From the NCBI RefSeq assembly GCF_037042905.1, contig NC_087250.1, positions 19,842,001 through 19,906,000 of the forward strand: a DNA stretch of 64,000 nt, written 5' to 3'. Source of the stretch: Lytechinus pictus. Taxonomy: Eukaryota. A program made the position numbers and the translations under genes. Positions 51,001-59,865 of the stretch are shown here, piece by piece. The notes under the pieces were generated by a model that saw only the letters and a program-made list of their open reading frames with translations, was not told the DNA's origin and made no database searches. The stretch's first letter is position 1; each line of letters opens with the position of its first letter.

Positions 51001-54000
51001 AGACTCAATACGCTACTGACCTCTCCCGAAACTGAAAAAAAAGATAAATCCCTCACTGGAAAAAAAAAAATTAGTCTGTGGTACAAACAGGGCTTCCATA
51101 CAAGTACTGAAGGAAACTAATTTTTTCATGTACTGTACCACAGAAAATACACCAGTAGCGTCTGTGATACAGTTTCAGTCATATTTCTGGGGTGGCTGCA
51201 TGAGAAGTACCGCAGGAAATTTTGAAAGTATAGCACTGGGGTTGCCATAGAATTTTAGAAGTGCCTATATTGAGTCCTGCAGGAAATTTCAAAATTTTCA
51301 TTTACCACAGAAGTATCACAGGGTTTTCATAGAAGTGCTTAGTAATAGGAGTACTGCAGGAAATTTAAAAAATGTTCATATACAACAGAAGTATCGCAGG
51401 GTTGTCATAGAAGTACTGCAGGATATTTTAGAATTTTCATGTACAACAGAAGTACGACATAACTATCACAGAGTGATATTGTATACAGTTATGTACAACA
51501 GAAGTATTACACAGGTACGACAGAGTACCATTAAGGTATTGCATGAAATTTTCATATTTTTACGTACAGAAGTAGAACTATCACAGAGTGATACCACAGG
51601 AGTCCTGTAGTAATTCCTTATACAGTTTTGTACAACAGAAGTATCACACAGGTACGACAGAGTACCATTAAGGTATTGCATGAAATTTTCATATTTTTAT
51701 GTACCACAGAAGTATGACAGAACTATCACAGAGTGATACCACAGAAGTCCTGTTGTAATTCTATATACAGTTTTGTACAACAGCAGTATCACACAGGTAC
51801 GACAGAGTACCATTAAGGTATTGCATGAAATTTTCATATTTTCCTGTACCACAGAAGTATGACAGAACTATCACAGAGTGATACCACAGAAGTCCTGTTG
51901 TAATTCTATATACAGTTTTGTACAACAGAAGTATCACACAGGTACGACAGAGTACCATTAAGGTATTGCAGGAAATTTTCATATTTTCCTGTACCACAGA
52001 AGTATGACAGAACTATCACAGAGTGATACCACAGAAGTCCTGTGGTAATTCTGAGGTACCGTCGTGTATGACAGAAGTATCACACAGGTACAACAGAGTA
52101 CCACTAAAGTACTGCAGGAATTTTTTGTAAGGGGACATCGAGGCACAGACTGGAACCTAAAAAAAACGAAAAGTTCTGTGGCGGTAGCTCTCCTCTTTCA
52201 GAATTCAAAACAAAATGGCCGATTGAGACCGAGACTAATAGCACTAGTGCATTAGTATACATCTCTATGATATAGACTTTGTCAAATTCGCCCATGCGCC
52301 CTACACCCTCGGTACCGGTCTCGAACGGCCATTTTGCTATGAATTCTGAAAGAAGGAGAGCTACCGCGCGACATAACTTTTTCGTTTTTTGAGGTTCCAG
52401 TCTGTGCCTCGATGTCAGGAAGCTGCCAATCGTTAGACCTTCATCCATATAATCGTGGTAAGTGCTTAATTTCTGTTTTAACTATTTATTCGGATAATTA
52501 TTTAGACCTACTTCACGCTACTACCGTGGGTATGGTGAATTACACGGTAAGCCCCTGGGCTCCGGCCCGCTGAGCGGGCCGGAGCTCCCTGGGTTAGTGT
52601 TGGTGTTGTGACAACACCGTACTTGAATCAGGCTGGTGTTAAGATTGACCTCGGAAAATATGGTGTATTTCCGGCAGTTTGTGTTGAAGGCTGGTGTTGA
52701 TTGTCATCTGCTGAACCCAACACTGCACTGTGGCTGCATGGTGTTGATGATCTACAAGCAATTTCCCCATTCAGCAACACCGACGTACCCCAGAGATTGG
52801 GAGAATCGTGATTTAAAGTTCAGTGTTGGTGTTGATGAACTGTAGCTATTACGAACAGGGGGCGAACACGACGAACCATCTCCGTAAAATTATCTTTTAC
52901 ATTTAAGATGAGAGCAAATCATTAGAGTTTTAATACATTTCAATGAAAAATAATATTACGCTTGGTGTTGGAGCTCAGTTCAGCAGCCCTTTCACGCTCT
53001 CAACACCGTACACCGTACTTGAAATCACCCAAATGACTTGCTACCTGGCATTCCTGCCTTATTTATTATACGCTGCCTTGAATTGACTTGGTCGGTCCTG
53101 CCTGGCCTAGCCTGGACCGAGTGTTTTCCAACTGCAGTCAAACCTGTAGTTGCTATGTGAGGCATGCTACACTTGACGCTGAAATATCATTTAATAGTTA
53201 TGGCACGAGCGAGACTAGGCCATGGCCATGCATATTGAGATATCAGTTGACTTCTATCTTAATCAAAAAGAGGCACTCTTTAGTTACAGTAGGCAGTAGC
53301 TACGTTACTCTGAGTGAGGCCAAGTTACGCGACCTCCTTTTTTGATTTTGTAAATACTGAGAGACTGCAATTACACATGTGAGTTTTTGTGATGATTACT
53401 GACGTTGCAATTGGCATTGCATACCGAGTCATTAAACAATTGTAGACAGAAACAGAGATTGCAACTCGCAAGAAAATGTAATACATCTTAATTTTTATTA
53501 CATATGCATATGTTTTTTTGGTATTAGTCTTGTTTGAGAAAAAGAGGATGTCAAAAAAGTTTGAATGCTACAAAGGCCTCAATAAATATCACACGTAATT
53601 ATCTTGATTTCTCTTAATTATGTGAAGAGACTTGTAACAGAAAGAATGAAAAGAAATGAATAGCTGTAATAATAGTTGTAATGTTTTTTGATAGAATCAT
53701 GAACAGATTACAGATGATGATGGCACAGTGTTGAAAACTGTTTGATGGAGATGGCGCATCGTTGGATTTGTTTAGAATTAGACCAACAAAGAATCAACGT
53801 TACAACAACATTTAACCGATATTAGACAAACATTGAATCAACGTTTACGCCAACGTTGGACTAACATTGGACTAAAGTTGAATCAACTTTCCATCAACAT
53901 TGGACCAACATTATACCAACGTTGGATCAACGTCACCCAACGTTGGACCAACATTGGACCAACGCTGCCATACCTGCCTCATCTGGACAATGATTATGCA

Positions 54001-55523
54001 CTCATGAATATTCATTACATCAGTAAATGACCAAAATTTTAGGTAATATTGCTATAATAATTAGAGTATTTATGTTTATTCAATATTTCCACCATGAAAA
54101 GTTTCAGAAAAGTATGTGGCTCCATTACCATATCATATATAATCAAAACATATTATTCTAAGTGAAATATTCAAGGTTAAGTGTGGAAAATGATATTAAC
54201 TGTATTCTGCCAAGTATAGCAAAGTTGCTCTATATATAGGAGTCGATGACAGGTTACAGTGGATAGGTGTAGGATGATAGGAATAGGATATAGGATTAGG
54301 ATGTAGGATTTTAGGATAGGATAAGACATATGATGATAAAGATTTGAGTGTAGAGTTGTAATGGTGGACTTCACCTTGAAACCAATTAATGTTTTGTTAA
54401 TTACTGCCATACGTTGGAATAACGTTGGAGCAATGTTGGAGCAACGTTGTGACAACGTTGTAACAATGTTGGAGCAATGTTGCCAGACAACGTTGGAGCA
54501 TTGTTGCTGGACAGCGTTGAACCAACGTTGTAAACATAGTTGGACTGACGATGTATGCAAGTGCACGTCCATCGCTGCTTCAACGTTGCCCATCAACGTT
54601 GCAGCAACGCTGTTATTGATGACTCAGCCGACATTATACCAACGTTGGAGCATTGATGGTGGACAACGTTGAACTGACGTTGGAAATGTTGTTGGTCTGA
54701 CGATGTATGGACGTGCACTTCTATCGATGATACAACGTTGCTTACCAACGTTGTAGCAATGTTGTATTTGACTATTTAGCCAACATTGGATCAACGTTGC
54801 CAGACAACGTTGAAACATTGTTGCTGGACAACGTTGAACTAACGTTGGAAATGTTGTTGGTCTGACGATGTATGCGCGTGCACTTCTATCGATGATGCAA
54901 CGTTGGCCTGCCAACGTTGAGGCAACGTTGGGAAAAAAATTCCCAACGTTGATCCAACGTTGGTCCAACGCTGTATTGTTACCTGGGATATTTCTGCCTT
55001 CCACCGGTCCTCTTGCGAGCTCCAGCTGAGTGACGTCACACAATGAGCAGTGAGCAGCTGAGCTGACAGCAGCCCATTGGAGACGATCTTTCCAATCAGC
55101 GTTTTTTGCTCTTAGAATTGTTTATTCCTCTTAAGATTGGTCTTGTTATATAGATAAAAGTTTGAATTTACTGAACAGTGAAAAAAGTGCACATTTAACG
55201 TATTTTGGTGACCGATATTTAGCTTAGAATTTTTTTTTTTTTTCAAGAAATATAGGTGAATAAACAAAGCATATTTTCACGTAGAAATCACACTTGCGTC
55301 ACATTAATGTTATAGTCAATATAAAGCATAGACATTCTTCTTTATGACTGAACAAAAATTATGAAATTTCATTAAGTAGCAAAGTCAGGAATCACAAAAA
55401 AAACACGGCAATATCCATCGCGAAATGACTGAAATTGCAGTTGAATTGCCGAAGCATTATTAGGAAACAGCGGCGAGCGGACTTTCTTTCATATATCTTA
55501 AAAATGCCTTCCTGTTAGGGCGA

Positions 55524-55599
55524 TGGTCTGTGGCCAAATGCGTTGGCCATTGTTTGGTCATGTGCGAGGACCCTGGTTCGAAACTCGGATTTTTTTTTT
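55524..55599 (+). pseudogene. Degenerate tRNA-like Pol III unit
   Basis: A box TGGCCAAATGCG (55531), B-box-like GGTTCGAAACT (55575) at tRNA spacing, followed by T10; stems are poorly paired. Confidence 0.35.
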
Positions 55600-57078
55600 C
55601 TGGGTATTTTTTTTTTATTCCTTCCCCGTCCCTACCCATCTTTTTTTTCTCTTTTTATTTTCTTGTGAAATTCTATTCAGACCTGTATTTATCAAATCTT
55701 GCTTCTTAATTGCTGCTTTTGATTTTCAAGTTCTTGATTAGATTATTTCTACTCTTATTTGGGATGGGAGGGGTAGAGTTAAAAGTCAAGTCCACATCAA
55801 CTAAAAATTATTTGAATAGAGTGATTTCCCTTGTTGTTTTTACTCAAAACAGTCATATACACAAAACAATGATATGCAAATTAGAGTTGTCACTCACATC
55901 ACATTCGTTTCTATTTTTTGTGGCATTTTGTTTTTTATTCTTTGCAGATTTGACGATAGGAAACTCTTCATCTGATCACAATAGGTTATATTTACGGAAC
56001 TGTTAAATAGTAATTATATAAATTTGAATCAAAGTTTTTATGAAATTTCCTGCAATATCTTGTTATTTTTCTTTAAATTCAAATGAATTTTTGATTGCGT
56101 GGACTTCTCCTTTACTCTTAATGTAGGGAATGCATAGCAAAATTTATCCAGAAACAAAATTGTCTTAGAATATGCAAATCAGTAATTGGACACATGTTCA
56201 CTTTTCTTTCATCCAGGCCACTTCCTCACATCCACCAGGCTTTCAGTCTGATGATGAACCATCACACAACATTCACAGTGCTTCACAATAAATATTTCAC
56301 TTCTGTTCATACATGCAATAAATATTGTGGAAAACAAATAAAAGGCGTACCCATATTCAAATACCGTTTAAAAGGACAAATATATTATACCTTTCGAGAA
56401 AAATCAGCACGTTAAATATCTGATAACAAAACATAATTATGGGGCACTGCAAGAAACTTATGTTCAATTGCAAATCAAGCGTAAGTCTTAAATTCAAATT
56501 TAAGCGTAATAAGGTCGAGTTGCAATCGCAATTCAACTACATGTTTAATCAAAGGACTTTCCCTTGATTTGGGACGTGTGATTGAGTATAACATTTCTCG
56601 CAAAATGCCCTAGTAACATTAAAATTGTTCTTTCGTTTTAAATTGTGTGTTATTATTTTTGACAAGCTGTATTCCTGTCCGAGTAAAATTTCTTAGTTCT
56701 CTCCAAAACTGTGCTCAAAATTGTTTCCAAGATTGATAAAGAAATTTTTTCTTTTGTATCATTATCATTCCACAACTTGCAAACCGTAGGTCCTGGAAAG
56801 AGTGAAGAAAAAAATGGCTATATCCAAATCATAGTAAAAGGACATGATGGAATCTCCCAGATTGAGGTAGCAAGCAGAGACCAGAAGTCACCAGAGTTAG
56901 CAATTGTGCAGATCTGTGTGTAGAAGAGAGAAAAAAAGAAATAGTTTAAATAATCAAATCAAAGTATGAATTTAATTATCGTGATGATTGATGACGTGCG
57001 GTGGCATGTAATTCCCGGTCAACAACAAATGATAGTAGGTTTAGACACCTGAAAAGTTCCACTCAGAACACTGGTGCT

Positions 57079-57237
57079 CTACCTCAAGTGATGTTTGTGT
57101 AGGCCCCACTCCACTTCACTACCGCTACACTACCGTACATGTACGCCACACCTACCCGGGTAAGTGTGTAGCGTAGTGTAGGCTGTAGCAGTACTCCAGT
57201 AGTGAAGTGGAGACTACACGAACATCACTTGAGGTAC
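57079..57237. mobile_element. Small hairpin MITE
   Basis: TACCTCAAGTGATGTT ... AACATCACTTGAGGTA; a half copy lies at about 41040-41105. Confidence 0.7.
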
Positions 57238-57360
57238 GGTGCTCTCTGAGTCTCTGTGTCATTACAAAGATTGCATTTATCTTCATTGTTGAAGGCATTA
57301 CGCATACATATATGCAGCAACACTCTAATCAGAAAGAAACACCAGACTCTAATTTTGGCC

Positions 57361-57560
57361 CACCCAAGGGTTCATTACATGCCGCCGCGCACAGAAAATT
57401 CAAGCAATAGAAGTCGTGGACCCAAGAAGTGAGATCCCAGCACGCGCGACCCACTAGTTAGAAATCCACTGCCAAACGCGGTTCGTGGTTAGTATACTAA
57501 TACTAACCTTGCAATACGTACTAGTAGTATACTAATACTAACCTCGCAATACGTGTGAGT
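57361..57560 (-). mobile_element. Copy of the TIR-less element with 10-bp TSD AATTTTGGCC
   Basis: Perfect direct repeats at 57351-57360 and 57561-57570. Confidence 0.8.
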
Positions 57561-57787
57561 AATTTTGGCCAGGAATCAGGGTAATCACTGCTGAAAATTT
57601 GTCTGGCTTCATGACATCGGCATCATGGTGATATAATTCTGTGTATAATAAAAACTTAAACATTCCTCTGAAACAGCAGATTTTCAGCCATGGTCCATAC
57701 CACTCAGTGCTCCTAAATAATTTAATTGCCTGCCTGAGTCCTGACCAGTTTTAGAAATCTGAAGAAAAAATCTGCTGGAATTGTGCC

Positions 57788-57974
57788 ACTCACACGTATT
57801 AAGTATACTAACCCCGCACCACGAACCGCGTTTGGCAGTGGATTTCTAACTAGTGGTTCGCGCGTGCTTAGCCTGGAGGCGTCTGGGATCTCACTTCTTG
57901 GGTCCACAACACACGACTTCTATGGCTTGATTTTTCTGTGCGTGGCGGCATGTAATGAACCCTTGCCTTGGGTG
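57788..57974 (+). mobile_element. Copy of the TIR-less element; TSD GAATTGTGCC / GAATTGTACA
   Basis: Same termini as the other copies; 8/10 flanking match. Confidence 0.7.
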
Positions 57975-59231
57975 GAATTGTACAAAAACATTATTTCTAA
58001 AATAAAAACTTTTTAATTTTAATAGTAGTTATGCCAAAATGCATGATTCTAAACTTATATCAGATCTGTATCTGTCATCTGACCTGAATGCATCGTCAGA
58101 ACAAGTACAGTTTCCAAACATGCTTACCTTGACTTTTGACTGGATCAAACAGCGTAGCCTGCAACATGCATCGGGAGCAAGTGAATGGGACCGTGCAGCT
58201 TGGAGTTTTTCAATAGTTAGTAGAGCAACACAACGAAGACTGTCGAGTGGACAAAATCGATCTTTCCAGTTCACAATTCAATAAAAAAACGGGCAAAATA
58301 ACACAGTTCTGGTTCCCTTATAGTCTGAAGTTGTCGAAAACAGAATTCGGATGTCACATTACATGAAGAAAACGGTAAATTCGGAAGATATTGAAGAGGT
58401 CAGTAAGGTGATTCAGTGTATTATGCACAGAGGGATGATGAGCTCGATTATTGTGTGACGTCATTATTCTCGACTGTTTTCACTGCGTGAACTGTCGGTC
58501 TGGGGGGCGGCTGGGGGGCTTAGAATGGTCTCTAATAATTTCATTTCTTGCATTTCCACGACATCGATAAGACTTTTTAGTGACATATTTGTGTATAAAA
58601 AGACAAGACCTTTCCATTCATATATAATTTGTCTATAATCATCACTTTCGTGAATTTTCTTTGTGTGTATACTTTAAGAATAAGTAATCCCTTATTCAAT
58701 ATGGTGGAACTTTTTTTCAAGGCTGTCTTTAGCAATGTCATTTGGCAGTAACGTTTATCAACCTATGGGCAGAATTCTGTGCAAAAATGAAATCGATTTG
58801 TTTATTTACGGATGAGTGAGCACGCATCAAAGTGGGAAAATTGGTATTTTCAATGTCACAGACTCATTTTAAAGGGTAATAAGGTGAATATTGGGGGCAA
58901 ATTCGGTTTCAAATGTGACTTTAATTGCTGTTGTTTTTATCATCCATCATTTCTATCTCCACAGACTTTCCGAACTTTAAACATTTTCATGGTTGAGCGA
59001 GCACATTCGAAAACTTAGGAATGAATACTCTTTATACTGCATAAATGTATTCTGTTTCTAACAATTTCTCATGATCAGTTTAATTTATGGACAAATCAGT
59101 GGTGGATCCAGAATTTAAAAATGGGGGAGGGGTTTATAATCGGGGGAGCCACCAACATTTTCAAATTTTAATATGACCTAACAAGTTGTAGAGGATACTA
59201 CCAAAAACCCCTATGATGATACGTCACAATA

Positions 59232-59400
59232 CAGGGGCCGCGGAACGGTTTTCAAAGTGTGTGGGAGGGGCTGAGCCAAAAGTGGGGGGGGGGGTGGGGG
59301 CTGACCATGCAAACAAATTACAATCGTATGGTAATTTTTATACTTTTGTACATGCTTTTGGAAAAAAAAGTGGGCCCCCACCCCGCTTCCGCGGCCCCTG
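59232..59400. mobile_element. 169-bp MITE with a probable 5-bp TSD
   Basis: TIR CAGGGGCCGCGGAA; flanks CAATA / CGATA. Confidence 0.75.
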
Positions 59401-59747
59401 CGATATTGTGCTCACTCAACCATGAACATACGATATCAAAATTGTGTGTGGAGTGGCTAAATGATGGATAGTAAAACAGCATAACACCATAAAATTCACC
59501 TAAAAACAACTTTTGCCCAACTTTGTATTTGCACAATCTGAAAAACGACTCTTGTGACTTTAAAAAACTGTCATTTTTAATTCAATCTTTAATTACTCAT
59601 GCATGACTCAACCGATCAATCTCCTTTTGCCCCGGGTGTTGCTTAATGAGTATAGAAAACCACCTACGAAATATCATATCTCAAAATAACTCGGTTCAAA
59701 AGTTACAGCAATTTGATTTAGGGGGGACTTACTTTTTTTGTTGTGTA

Positions 59748-59853
59748 TAGATGAAATGCCTTGCTCACGGTCATAAGTGCCGCGGCCGGGGATCGAACCC
59801 CGGACTTTCCATGTAAAGCCAGGCGCCTTAGACCACTCGACCACGGCACCTCC
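59748..59853 (-). mobile_element. 5' (tRNA-like) half of the split SINE
   Basis: Reverse complement of 62242-62347 with A and B boxes; stops exactly at the TA next to the TIR. Confidence 0.85.
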
Positions 59854-59865
59854 ATCATCATCTTT

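Larger units (their letters stand above)
34342..52133. mobile_element. 17.8-kb CCC...GGG CMC/EnSpm-like element ('C') with 2-bp TSD GA
   Basis: GA|CCCTTACAAAAAATTCCTG ... CAGGAATTTTTTGTAAGGG|GA (19-bp perfect TIR); subterminal arrays include a 35-bp tandem (about 34789-34988) and a 145-bp tandem (about 51490-52100). Confidence 0.88.
34161..52594. mobile_element. 640-bp foldback MITE (34161-34341 plus 52136-52594), TA-flanked, split by the 17.8-kb element
   Basis: After removing 34342-52135, the two arms (about 280 bp each) are near-perfect reverse complements; each end has a 12-bp GC stem GCTCCGGCCCGC-NNN-GCGGGCCGGAGC. Confidence 0.88.
31512..54987. mobile_element. Outer copy of a CCC...GGG CMC/EnSpm-like element ('AB'); about 5.7 kb once the 17.8-kb insert is removed
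   Basis: AT|CCCAGGTAACAA ... TTGTTACCTGGG|AT; CAACGTTG-rich subterminal arrays at 31512-33010 and about 53760-54987; colinear in inverted orientation with 43474-49619. Confidence 0.85.
30333..59747. mobile_element. 29.4-kb TA-flanked TIR element (Tc1/mariner-like, non-autonomous), inflated by nested insertions
   Basis: Perfect 20-bp TIR TACACAACAAAAAAAGTAAG / CTTACTTTTTTTGTTGTGTA, then C/G runs; TA at 30331-30332 and 59748-59749; the flanks rejoin into one SINE. Confidence 0.85.

Noticed and set aside
51050..52133. A stand-alone 1.1-kb MITE starting at CCCTCACTGG
   Set aside because: The left end is degenerate and the flanks (AT vs GA) do not match, whereas 52133 pairs perfectly with 34342; it may be an ancestral end.
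57361..57974. A single ~610-bp foldback element
   Set aside because: Each arm has its own separate ~10-bp TSD, so these are two independent insertions in opposite orientation.
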